From the NCBI GenBank assembly GCA_043803945.1, contig JAZDJN010000065.1, positions 32,729 through 96,728 of the forward strand: DNA of 64,000 bases. Reading direction: 5' to 3'. Within the stretch, counting starts at the first letter, position 1. Every line of letters starts with the position of its first letter. Below the pieces are notes generated by a model. It saw only the letters and a program-made list of their open reading frames with translations, ran no database searches and was not told where the DNA came from. A program made the position numbers and the translations under genes. Positions 18,246 to 27,497 of this stretch are shown here, in pieces. Source of the stretch: a bacterium (lineage in GTDB: Bacteria; Bacteroidota; Ignavibacteria; UBA10030).

Positions 18246-20927
18246 ATGAACAGAATCGCTAATCAGATCAAGAATCGTCTCAGCTTGCGTCCACCGCAAT
18301 CCGATAGCCTCGATATCCTTTCAATCCTTTCAGACAAGCTTGAATTGAAAAATGGAGCCGAGCAAACAGCAGAACTTGCCAAAGTGAAAGCCCTTCATTC
18401 AACCTGCTCAGACTTTGAGCGCAATTTTCCATCAATGTGCTTTGCACTGGCAACCGGTGTCGGTAAAACACGGCTGATGGGAGCATTTGTGGCTTATCTG
18501 TATCTCGAAAAGGGGATAAAAAACTTCTTTGTCCTGGCTCCAAATCTTACCATATACAGAAAACTCATCGAGGACTTCGAAAACGCATCGAATCCAAAAT
18601 ATGTATTTCAGGGAATCGGCGAATTTGTCCATGCTCGTCCACGAATCGTCACCGGCGATACCTACGATGCGATCTCACAAACCGCGCTGTTTGAATCGGA
18701 TATCCATATCAATGTCTTCAATATTTCCAAAATCAACTCCGAGACACGCGGCGGAAAGCTTCCACGCATCAAGCGGCTTGTGGAATATCTTGGCGAGTCG
18801 TATTTCAATTACCTTGCAAACCTAAACGACCTGGTGTTGCTCATGGATGAATCGCACCATTATCGGGCAGAACGAGGGATGGATGTCATCAACGAATTGA
18901 ATCCAATTCTCGGATTGGAATTGACGGCAACTCCTCAGATAGAACGAAGCGGTGGAACCACAAAATTTAAGAATGTTGTGTATGAGTATTCACTTGCCAA
19001 AGCGATACGAGACGGATTTGTAAAAGAACCTGCTGTGGCAACACGAAAAGATTTTGACCCTACACAGTATAAAGCAGAGGAATTAGACAGAATAAAACTT
19101 GAAGATGGAATCCGTATTCACGAGGACACAAAAGTTGCTCTGGATATCTATTCCCGCGATAACAAAACGGAGAAGGTAAAACCGTTCGTTCTTGTCGTAG
19201 CGCAACATACTGAACATGCCGGTAAGTTAATCGAACTTATAAAGTCCTCCTCATTCTTCGAAGGCTATTATGCAGACAAAGTAATGGAGATTCACTCGAA
19301 TCAATCGGGAGAAGAAAAAGACGATAATATTGAAAAGCTTGTATCGTTAGAGCATCCAGAGAATAAAATAGAAATCGTCATCCATGTCAATATGCTCAAA
19401 GAGGGCTGGGATGTCACTAACCTCTATACAATCATTCCCCTTCGTACGGCAGCTTCGGTGACATTGAGAGAGCAGACAATCGGTCGTGGTCTTCGGTTAC
19501 CATACAGAAAACGAACCGGAGTCGATAAGGTTGATAAACTTACCATCGTTGCTCATGATAAGTTCCAACAGATTATCGATGAGGCGAATAAGCCTGATTC
19601 GATCATCAAGAAGGAAAATATCATTGTCATAGATACAGAAGAACTTGAACAATCGAAGGAGGTGGTGGTAAGCGTCTCTCCAATTGAACAAAAAGCTCAG
19701 GAGGAACAGAAGCGGATAGAAACCATTGCAGACCCAAAGCAGAAACAAAAAGCTCAAACGGAATTACAGGCCAGGAACATTATCATCTCCATTCTCCCCG
19801 AATTAAACATTGCAGCAAAAAATGTATCTGAACTCACAAAGAGAGAAGTCGTAGAAATAGCATACAAGAAGATTGAAGAACGAATTTCATCTGATCCTCA
19901 AACAAATATGTTTACTGCTGAGCTTATAGCCGAGGTGAAGCAGCAATATGAAGCAGCGGTTTCTGAGTTTACCACGCATATTATTGAAATCCCACGCATC
20001 ACGATTCAACAATCCACTGAAGTTAAGTCTGGCTTTAGACTATTCGATCTTGATGTAAAGAATTTAAATTATCAGCCTGTTTCCGAGGAGATCCTTATCA
20101 AGAAATTGAGGGAACAGGAAAACAGCATGGTTACTATAATCGGTAAGGGACGGATTATTCCCGATAAACCGGACAATATCATTGTCAACGAACTTATTAA
20201 TCATCCAGAAGTAGATTATGACAGACAAGCAGACCTGCTCTTCTCATTAGCAGTTCAAGCAATAGCGAAATTCAAATCATATCTTAAAGATGAAAATGAG
20301 CTCATGAATGTCGTTCACTATCACAAGAGAGAAATCAGCGCCTATATCTATGCGCAATTAATGGAGCACTTCCTTTTCGAGGCTCCATCTTTCGAGCAAT
20401 CCATCGTAATGCCATTCACAAAGATCGAAGAACAAAACTATTCGAAAAACATAAAAGATGCACTCATTCATTATCGCGAAACCGTTACCCCGACAAGTGC
20501 AATTCCAACTAAAGTCTTCACCGGATTCCTCAAGGCTTGCCACACGATATATAAATTCGATTCCAAGACGGAGAAGGATTTTTCAATTATCCTTGAGGAC
20601 AACAAAGAAGTGTTGAAGTGGCTGAGACCTGCAGGCAATCAATTCCGTATTTACTGGCAGCACAACTCACGGCATTATCACCCCGACTTTATAGTAGAAA
20701 CTTCTGATACTATCTATATGGTCGAAACGAAAAAAGAAGGGGATATAGAATCATTTGAGGTTCAGGATAAAGCGAGAGCTGCGTTAGAGTACTGCAAACA
20801 TGCTACTGACTACACGGCCAAGAATCTTGGCAAGCCCTGGCAGTATATCCTTATTCCACACGGGGCAGTGCAGATAAATATGAGCTTCATCTTCTTGGTG
20901 AAACAGTATGAGGTGAAATCCAGTTGA
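18246..20927 (+). CDS. res: Type III restriction enzyme Res subunit (SF2 helicase + PD-(D/E)XK nuclease)
   Basis: ALATGVGKT, LMDESHHY, ELTATP, MLKEGWDV, EQTIGRGLRLP, C-terminal YHPDFIVE...MVETK. Confidence 0.92.
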   Translation: MNRIANQIKNRLSLRPPQSDSLDILSILSDKLELKNGAEQTAELAKVKALHSTCSDFERNFPSMCFALATGVGKTRLMGAFVAYLYLEKGIKNFFVLAPNLTIYRKLIEDFENASNPKYVFQGIGEFVHARPRIVTGDTYDAISQTALFESDIHINVFNISKINSETRGGKLPRIKRLVEYLGESYFNYLANLNDLVLLMDESHHYRAERGMDVINELNPILGLELTATPQIERSGGTTKFKNVVYEYSLAKAIRDGFVKEPAVATRKDFDPTQYKAEELDRIKLEDGIRIHEDTKVALDIYSRDNKTEKVKPFVLVVAQHTEHAGKLIELIKSSSFFEGYYADKVMEIHSNQSGEEKDDNIEKLVSLEHPENKIEIVIHVNMLKEGWDVTNLYTIIPLRTAASVTLREQTIGRGLRLPYRKRTGVDKVDKLTIVAHDKFQQIIDEANKPDSIIKKENIIVIDTEELEQSKEVVVSVSPIEQKAQEEQKRIETIADPKQKQKAQTELQARNIIISILPELNIAAKNVSELTKREVVEIAYKKIEERISSDPQTNMFTAELIAEVKQQYEAAVSEFTTHIIEIPRITIQQSTEVKSGFRLFDLDVKNLNYQPVSEEILIKKLREQENSMVTIIGKGRIIPDKPDNIIVNELINHPEVDYDRQADLLFSLAVQAIAKFKSYLKDENELMNVVHYHKREISAYIYAQLMEHFLFEAPSFEQSIVMPFTKIEEQNYSKNIKDALIHYRETVTPTSAIPTKVFTGFLKACHTIYKFDSKTEKDFSIILEDNKEVLKWLRPAGNQFRIYWQHNSRHYHPDFIVETSDTIYMVETKKEGDIESFEVQDKARAALEYCKHATDYTAKNLGKPWQYILIPHGAVQINMSFIFLVKQYEVKSS

Positions 20928-21060
20928 GTGATAAGGAATGCACTCTCTATTTCCTTTGGGCTTCGATGCCATTCAATACGGTGCAATTTATTCTCAATTT
21001 GCAAGGATTGACTCTCCATCGACTTTTCTTTATGATACTCTAAGCAAAAAGGAGAACCGT

Positions 21061-21909
21061 GTGAAGAAGAAATCGATAGCGAAGTTGTTTGGCGATTATG
21101 TCGCTATAGTTCAGAGACTGCGAAAGGAGTGCCCCTGGGATAGTGCCCAAACCCACAAATCGATCCGGCACAGCCTGATTGAAGAAGCTTACGAAGTAGT
21201 CGAGTCGATTGACCATGATGATCTCGAATCTCTCAAACATGAATTGGGAGACCTGCTGCTCCATGTGGTACTTCACTCCATTATGGCTCAGGAGACTTCT
21301 TCGTTTTCCATCGACGACGTCATGAGCGATTCGATGAAGAAACTCATCCGACGGCACCCCCATGTATTTGGAGAAAAGAAAGTGCACTCGGCGGAAGAAG
21401 TCAGGGTGAATTGGGAAAAAATTAAAATGACCGAGGGGAGAACATCGATCCTCCAGGGAGTTCCGCAGAAGCTCCCTGCTCTGCTCCGTGCTCAACGATT
21501 ACAGGAAAAAGCCGCAAAGGTGGGATTCGATTGGAAAAAGAAAGAGCAAGTTTGGAAGAAAGTGAGAGAGGAGATTCGGGAACTCCATCATGCCGACCGC
21601 ACCACGCACCATGATCATATCGAAGAAGAAATGGGCGACCTCTTGTTCGCTCTCGTCAACTACTCCCGGTTCCTCCACGTTAATGCCGAGATTGCACTCC
21701 GGAAGTCGATCAAGAAATTCCAACATCGTTTTGCCGCTATAGAACAGGAATTGGAGACGCGGGGGAAAAAGCTCCACGACTCAAGCCTGGAAGAGATGGA
21801 TTCGATTTGGAATCATCACAAACGGTTGGAAAAAGAGCAATCCAAAAGAATAATGAGAAAGCCGAAGAAGAGGCTGAGGCTTTCGAAAGCCCCTGGGGCT
21901 GTCCAATAA
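21061..21909 (+). CDS. mazG: Nucleoside triphosphate pyrophosphohydrolase MazG
   Basis: LRKECPWD..QT, EEAYEV, ELGDLLLHV, KLIRRHPHVF, KAAKVGFDW, EEMGDLLF; GTG start after AAGGAG. Confidence 0.95.
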   Translation: MKKKSIAKLFGDYVAIVQRLRKECPWDSAQTHKSIRHSLIEEAYEVVESIDHDDLESLKHELGDLLLHVVLHSIMAQETSSFSIDDVMSDSMKKLIRRHPHVFGEKKVHSAEEVRVNWEKIKMTEGRTSILQGVPQKLPALLRAQRLQEKAAKVGFDWKKKEQVWKKVREEIRELHHADRTTHHDHIEEEMGDLLFALVNYSRFLHVNAEIALRKSIKKFQHRFAAIEQELETRGKKLHDSSLEEMDSIWNHHKRLEKEQSKRIMRKPKKRLRLSKAPGAVQ

Positions 21910-22037
21910 GTTTTTATCGGATGTATTTCAAGCTTCGAATTCACGCATTACGATAAATTTTCGCAAACTCAATGTGGACGAGTTGGCAACTTGTCCTACA
22001 TTTTGGACAGCCCCAGAATTACCCAATCACCCCACGA

Positions 22038-23021
22038 TCATTTTTTGGCGTTATCGCCCGTCGCTTCGAACTTTTCGTAAGCGGCTATAATTTCTCTCAC
22101 CAGCGGGTGCCGGACAACATCGCGCTGATCGAGATACGCAAATCCTACTCCCCTGATCTTTTGAAGAATTTTCTGGATCTGGACGAGTCCGGAGACAGTT
22201 TTCTGCGGCAGGTCAATTTGTGTGATATCTCCTGTAATAATCGCGCGTGAATGGGACCCAAGACGAGTCAAAAACATTTTCATCTGCATTGCCGTCGCAT
22301 TTTGTGCTTCATCGAGAATAACAAATGCATTATGGAGTGTTCGACCGCGCATATACGCCAGGGGGACAATTTCGATGATCCGTTTCTCCATGTAACTCTT
22401 GAGCTTCTCAGCGGAGAGCATATCATCGAGAGCATCATACAGCGGCCGGAGATAGGGATCTACCTTCTCCCGTAAATCTCCAGGGAGGAAGCCAAGGCTT
22501 TCTCCCGCTTCTACAGCAGGACGGCAGAGGACGATCTTGGTGACATCACGATTCTTCAATGCAGCTACCGCCACAGCGACGGCAAGGTAGGTCTTTCCTG
22601 TGCCTGCCGGACCGATCGAAAAAACGATATCATTTTTACTGATTTGCTGAATGTAGGAACGCTGACCGGGTGTGCGCGCTTTGATGATTCCGATTTTGGT
22701 ATAGAGAATGGCGTAATCTCCATCATCTCCCTGCTGGTCTCTTGGAATTTCCGGAGAGGAGCCATTCACAGAAACAAGATCGATGACGGTTTCCACATCA
22801 TTGGGGGTCAGGTTGCCATTCTTGTTCAGAATGTAGATGAGTTCTTTGAAAATCTTTTCGATTCGAGATGTCTCGTCATCCGAACCCCGGATGGTTATGA
22901 GATCACCTCGCACGGTAATTGTCGAATCGAATCGTTCCTCGATGAGAAGAAGATGTGCATCATTAAAACCCAGCAGTTGAACTGTATCAACTCCTGCGAG
23001 TTGCACCTTCCGTTCACTCAA
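22038..23021 (-). CDS. phoH: PhoH family ATPase
   Basis: GPAGTGKTYLA, RPAVEAGESLGFLPGD, PLAYMRGRTL, DEAQN, DVVRHPLV. Confidence 0.95.
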   Translation of the reverse strand: MSERKVQLAGVDTVQLLGFNDAHLLLIEERFDSTITVRGDLITIRGSDDETSRIEKIFKELIYILNKNGNLTPNDVETVIDLVSVNGSSPEIPRDQQGDDGDYAILYTKIGIIKARTPGQRSYIQQISKNDIVFSIGPAGTGKTYLAVAVAVAALKNRDVTKIVLCRPAVEAGESLGFLPGDLREKVDPYLRPLYDALDDMLSAEKLKSYMEKRIIEIVPLAYMRGRTLHNAFVILDEAQNATAMQMKMFLTRLGSHSRAIITGDITQIDLPQKTVSGLVQIQKILQKIRGVGFAYLDQRDVVRHPLVREIIAAYEKFEATGDNAKK

Positions 23022-23051
23022 TGCCCGGTACCTCCTTTCTGAACTGGTGAT

Positions 23052-23096
23052 AAAAAGACAACGCCCTCACAAACGCACAGAAGTGCAGTGAGGGCG
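23052..23096 (-). terminator. Rho-independent terminator after the LysM gene
   Basis: CGCCCTCAC/GTGAGGGCG stem followed by TTGTCTTTTT on the minus strand. Confidence 0.6.
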
Positions 23097-23149
23097 AGTG
23101 GATACTACAACCAATGTAACCAAGTTTGAACCGTTTGAGAAAATCCTCG

Positions 23150-23926
23150 CTACTTTTTGACAGCCGGCGGAGCAGATGGTGCTGCGGCAGCTTGTTTCTT
23201 GTTCCAATAACTCCGTGCAGCCGATTTCTCTTCTTTGGTCAATTCTGCTTTGACAGGGATCTTTAAGACCTGCCCCTTTTTAATGACATCAGGATTCTTA
23301 ATCTTGTCTCTGTTTCCGACCCAAATCTTGGGCCAGAGGAATGCGTTGTCATAAATCTTCGGCTTTTTTGCAATGTTCCAGAGGCAATCTCGGTCTTTCG
23401 CCCATGTGCCGACGGTATAGGTAACTTCTGGGTTGAATCCCTCGAGTGATTTCTTCAGCGCATCGAGCCGGTTTTGCTGTTCTTTAACACGGTCGAAGTA
23501 TTTCGGTAGTGCGGCAAGTTTATTCTTTTTCGCTTCATCAAGCATCTTTTGAACATCGTCTAATTCAGCTTTGCGAGCCCAGAGATCCTGGTTCGCTAAA
23601 CGTGAGAGTTCATTGATTTTTGAATCAATTTGATCCAACATCGACTGGAATGCGCGCTCGGTTTCGGAAGTTTGGCCAACCATGGAAGACAAATCATCCA
23701 GGCATTTCTTCAATACACTGGCCTTTTCGGTATCTTCCTTCTTCAAGAGGTCAATTTCTTTCAATAACGCGTCGAGCTGGTTTTTAAGATCGTTTCGTTT
23801 TACTGTCAATTCGGTGATCTGCTTTTGCCACTCCTCTTTCGTCATTTCCTGAGCTGCGGCGCCAGCGATGAACACCGCAACCAGCAATACAATTGCTGCA
23901 TATCGGCATACTGATTTCATGTTCAT
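23150..23926 (-). CDS. Secreted coiled-coil protein with C-terminal LysM domain
   Basis: Signal peptide after AGGAGA, coiled coil, YTV....DCLWNIA....IY....LWPKIW..N...IKNPD.I..GQVLKIP. Confidence 0.85.
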   Translation of the reverse strand: MNMKSVCRYAAIVLLVAVFIAGAAAQEMTKEEWQKQITELTVKRNDLKNQLDALLKEIDLLKKEDTEKASVLKKCLDDLSSMVGQTSETERAFQSMLDQIDSKINELSRLANQDLWARKAELDDVQKMLDEAKKNKLAALPKYFDRVKEQQNRLDALKKSLEGFNPEVTYTVGTWAKDRDCLWNIAKKPKIYDNAFLWPKIWVGNRDKIKNPDVIKKGQVLKIPVKAELTKEEKSAARSYWNKKQAAAAPSAPPAVKK

Positions 23927-23951
23927 ATCTCCTTTTTCCTTGGTCTGCAGA

Positions 23952-24212
23952 CTACATGCCTTTGAGGCGCTCACCAACGAGCGCTTTTTCTTTTTCACAT
24001 TGAGCGAGCTTTGTATTCTTTTCTGCAATCGCCCGCTGCAATGCCGCTTTCTCAGACTGTTTTGCACCTATTTCGCGTTCTAGTGATGATACTTCGGCTT
24101 TTAGGCTTTCTAATTGCTTCAGCTCCTCAGCATTTGGTCTGCTCGTGCAGCCGGCAATTACGGAAGCCATAATTGCTCCTGCCACAAAAAGACCAATAGT
24201 TGATTTCTTCAT
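23952..24212 (-). CDS. Small coiled-coil lipoprotein
   Basis: Lipobox IAGC, AGGAGA RBS, coiled-coil body; same strand and adjacent to the LysM gene. Confidence 0.75.
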   Translation of the reverse strand: MKKSTIGLFVAGAIMASVIAGCTSRPNAEELKQLESLKAEVSSLEREIGAKQSEKAALQRAIAEKNTKLAQCEKEKALVGERLKGM

Positions 24213-24358
24213 GAGAGCTTCTCCTTTTTGGTCAAGTCAATGCAATGGTTTGTCTACTATTCTGCGCTATGATAAGCATTAGAGGTTTGAAAGTCAAGAG
24301 AGTTAAAACTTTTTTAACAAACCTTGTTATAGAAATTAGTGAAAGCCGTTTCACCTAT

Positions 24359-26017
24359 TCAACCCAGGAACTCCAAGCTGCCTAATCGTTTGGCGACACG
24401 CCGCTGGAGAAATATTTCCATTAACATAACGATCAAAGAAAGGAAAAGTACTGTTCCAGAATAGGCAGGGAGATTTTCATAGGCGAAAAACGCAATTATC
24501 ATAAGTCCGACCAGGAGAAAAACGGGGACAATGATCATAAGGCTTACCAGGATCGATGTTCGCTCACCCAGTTGTCGTGGCACGGAAAACGGTATTTGCG
24601 GTTTAAGCATGAAAAAAAGCTGGAGAAAGATCTGACTGAAGAGAAGGAGGACGATGGAATGCATCAGCACCTGAAGCATCGTATCGAAGAAGAAGCTGAA
24701 CACAATGGATAAGAAGAGAATGTAAGGGACAATAAATAATCCAAAGAGCAATCGCTTGATCGACAGCACGAGACGTACTTTGTCCGACGGCGTTGCAAAG
24801 AAAATCCATGATGCAAGATACGATTCCGAACGCGTAACGGCTTCCTTCAACATCATGGGAAACAGGACGATCACCATATAGAGGAGTGCAGAATTACCCA
24901 GAGATTTCCAATCCGGGTGAAAAGGATTGAACATCGTGTTCGATCCGCGAAGCCCCATAAAAATATAGAGGATGGTGATAGGGATAACTGCCAGTATCGC
25001 CAGGCGGAATCGCGTATCATGCTTAAATTGATTGATGAGTAAGGATGCGATTGCTCGATCCTCAAAACGTTTAAAGAAGATGTTGTATTGCTGGGAGCTT
25101 TCTCTCTTCACTGATCGCTGCTTCTCTTCCGGCACTGTCAATGCTTCTGAAAGGTTCTCAGCGTACGTGAGTGAAATACGGGACGCCGCTAATGGGATAA
25201 ACCCAAAAAAGACAACTAACCCTACGATGCCAACGGCGAGATAGGATCCATGAAAATTACCCTCAGCAAGAGAAAGCAGTGAACTGTACCAGCTTATCGG
25301 AACCAAGAAAATCCACCACGGTTTTTGATGAGGAAGAATTTCGCCGATTCGCTGAATGAGTGATGGAAGCAACGAATAGCTCCCGTAAATTGCGAACGAC
25401 ATGACCAACTGCAAATACGAAAGTGCATTTTTAAGTTTACGGTAGTGAACATGCCGCAGGACAAGCGTATACATGAGAATAATGCTCATGGCAGCGCTCA
25501 CGGCCACTGTCAGTAGACCTGCCATCGCAGCTAGACCCATGACCGGATCCGCGATCAAACTTCCAAATCGAGCGGCATGCAATGAGAAGGTGACCACGGC
25601 AGGCAATCCCATTGCCGCGGTGTAGAGAAGAATATAAAGAATCGCGAAGGATGCCTTTGAGGCAAAGTATGTCTTGGAAGAGATGGGCTGATAACTAAGA
25701 ATGGTATAATCTTCCGGTGCCACGATGATCGAACCAAACTCGATGAAGATCAACGAGGCTATCATCACGGCAACAATTGAAAAAACGATAAACGATGACC
25801 AGAAAAGATCTGGTATCTGTATCACAACGGCCACCTGCATCAATCCCAGGACAAAGTACATCAGCAAGGAAAAAATGATCGCATGGTTCATATTTTTCCC
25901 GCGTGAACCCATACCCCCAACAGCATTCATGCGATTCGCCAAACGAAACGCGGTACGGGTCAGCGATCTCCATTGATCATAATCAATACCATAGGCGTTG
26001 CAGAGTCGCTGAAGCAT
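24359..26017 (-). CDS. ABC-2-type exporter permease (putative)
   Basis: About 12 TM segments, xxPI motif, coupled to the upstream ABC ATPase. Confidence 0.75.
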   Translation of the reverse strand: MLQRLCNAYGIDYDQWRSLTRTAFRLANRMNAVGGMGSRGKNMNHAIIFSLLMYFVLGLMQVAVVIQIPDLFWSSFIVFSIVAVMIASLIFIEFGSIIVAPEDYTILSYQPISSKTYFASKASFAILYILLYTAAMGLPAVVTFSLHAARFGSLIADPVMGLAAMAGLLTVAVSAAMSIILMYTLVLRHVHYRKLKNALSYLQLVMSFAIYGSYSLLPSLIQRIGEILPHQKPWWIFLVPISWYSSLLSLAEGNFHGSYLAVGIVGLVVFFGFIPLAASRISLTYAENLSEALTVPEEKQRSVKRESSQQYNIFFKRFEDRAIASLLINQFKHDTRFRLAILAVIPITILYIFMGLRGSNTMFNPFHPDWKSLGNSALLYMVIVLFPMMLKEAVTRSESYLASWIFFATPSDKVRLVLSIKRLLFGLFIVPYILFLSIVFSFFFDTMLQVLMHSIVLLLFSQIFLQLFFMLKPQIPFSVPRQLGERTSILVSLMIIVPVFLLVGLMIIAFFAYENLPAYSGTVLFLSLIVMLMEIFLQRRVAKRLGSLEFLG

Positions 26018-26781
26018 TATGAACCTAACGCCTCCATAAAGTCCTGTGCAGATTCTCGGGCATCCCGTACTCCGGTTAATTTACTGAATGATTCCTCAAG
26101 GGTCGTCTGCCCCGTGGATTGAGCGATCGACGCGGCAGTCCCTTCGATAATGATCGAACCCTGATTGATAATGGCAATGCGGGTACATATTTTTTCCACA
26201 ACATCGAGGATATGTGAGGTGAAGAAGATGGTCTTTTGTTGTTGCGACAGTTTTTTCAGAAGCTCCTTGAAGACAAGGGCAGCGTTGGCATCGAGGCCAT
26301 TCAATGGTTCATCAAGAAATAAGACCAGCGGATTGTGAATGAGTGCCGCTGAGATCAGAATTTTTTGTTTCATTCCTTTCGAATACGACTGGATGCGGGC
26401 AGAACGATCATCCCAAAGGCCGAACAATGTTAAGAACTCCTCAATCCGCTTCTCAGCCATCTGTCTCTCAAGATGATGAAGATCGGCGATAAGCCGGAGG
26501 TATTCCCACCCCGTCAATGCTTCAAAGAGTGCACCGGATTCGGGTACATAACCAAATCGTCGTTTCACTTCAAGCGGATCCTTTACGATATCGAAGCCGG
26601 CAACCTTTGCAGATCCACCGGTGGGAAAAATCATTCCGGTTAACATTTTTACTGTCGTCGTTTTCCCGGCTCCATTAGGACCGAGGAATCCAAAAATTTC
26701 TCCCTCCCCTACTGTCATCGACAAATCCCTCACAGCGACCTTGCCATCATAATTCTTTGATAAACGGAGAGTTTCAATCAT
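26017..26781 (-). CDS. ABC transporter ATP-binding protein
   Basis: GPNGAGKTT, YSKGMKQK, FLDEP..GLD, SH. Confidence 0.93.
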   Translation of the reverse strand: MIETLRLSKNYDGKVAVRDLSMTVGEGEIFGFLGPNGAGKTTTVKMLTGMIFPTGGSAKVAGFDIVKDPLEVKRRFGYVPESGALFEALTGWEYLRLIADLHHLERQMAEKRIEEFLTLFGLWDDRSARIQSYSKGMKQKILISAALIHNPLVLFLDEPLNGLDANAALVFKELLKKLSQQQKTIFFTSHILDVVEKICTRIAIINQGSIIIEGTAASIAQSTGQTTLEESFSKLTGVRDARESAQDFMEALGS

Positions 26782-27497
26782 TACAATAATCCTCGTTCTG
26801 CGAAACTTGAATAATGCGCGTCGGCAATGATGATATGATCATGGACCGGTATGCCGAGTATCTTGCCTGCCTCGACCAGTTGCCGTGTGAGTGAAATATC
26901 TTCCCCGCTCGGTTCGGGATTTCCGCTGGGATGATTATGAAAGAAGATCACGCCTGCCGCCTTCTCCTTAATGGCATCCACAAAGCATTCACGCGGATGA
27001 GCCAGTGAGGAATTGAGTATACCGGTTGTGATACGGATTTCACGGATCAATTGATTCGACGAAGTGAGAAGGATAGACCAGAATTCCTCGTGGTGTAAAT
27101 CGCGCAACCTCGGCCCATAGACCGTAACAACATCCTGAGGCGATCGAAAGACCGGTTTCGAGTCAAGATCGCTTGAGGGTACTCTCCGCATGAGCTCAAA
27201 TGCGGCAACGAGTGCGGCAGCCCTCGACTCACCAATATCGTGCACCTTAAAATCTACCACGGACATTTTCGCCAGATCCCTCAATGTTCGCCCTTCCGAG
27301 AGCAATCGCTTTGCAAGATCCACCGCTGTTGTTCCTGCAATACCTGTTCGGATGAGGATAGCCAGCAATTCTGCCTCTGTTAATGCCGCCGGTCCCTGAC
27401 TGTAGAGTTTCTCACGGGGCCGGTCTGCCAGCGGCCATTGTTTGATTGTTGAGGAGGCTGCCTTCCTCCGCTGTTCATTCCCTGGTCGCGATTTCAC
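26781..27497 (-). CDS. radC: RadC family protein (JAB/MPN domain)
   Basis: DRPREKL..G...L.EAELLAIL, HPRE, HNHPSGNPEPS.ED, DHIII. Confidence 0.95.
   Translation of the reverse strand: MKSRPGNEQRRKAASSTIKQWPLADRPREKLYSQGPAALTEAELLAILIRTGIAGTTAVDLAKRLLSEGRTLRDLAKMSVVDFKVHDIGESRAAALVAAFELMRRVPSSDLDSKPVFRSPQDVVTVYGPRLRDLHHEEFWSILLTSSNQLIREIRITTGILNSSLAHPRECFVDAIKEKAAGVIFFHNHPSGNPEPSGEDISLTRQLVEAGKILGIPVHDHIIIADAHYSSFAERGLL

Larger units (their letters stand above)
10200..20930 (+). other. Defence-type genomic island (type III R-M locus with inserted cargo); boundaries approximate
   Basis: All genes on +, visibly more AT-rich than the flanks, content is helicase remnant, TA pair, DUF2130, DUF3800 pair, mod, GxxExxY and res; located between tRNA-Ala and mazG; no integrase seen. 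Confidence 0.75.

Noticed and set aside
9887-20930. Island as a tRNA-integrated element or prophage
   Set aside because: It lies on the 5' side of the tRNA, has no integrase or phage genes, and I saw no tRNA-end duplication at the mazG side.
26781-27497. radC as a mobile-element marker
   Set aside because: Full-length chromosomal form with the N-terminal RPREKL domain, embedded in a housekeeping operon.
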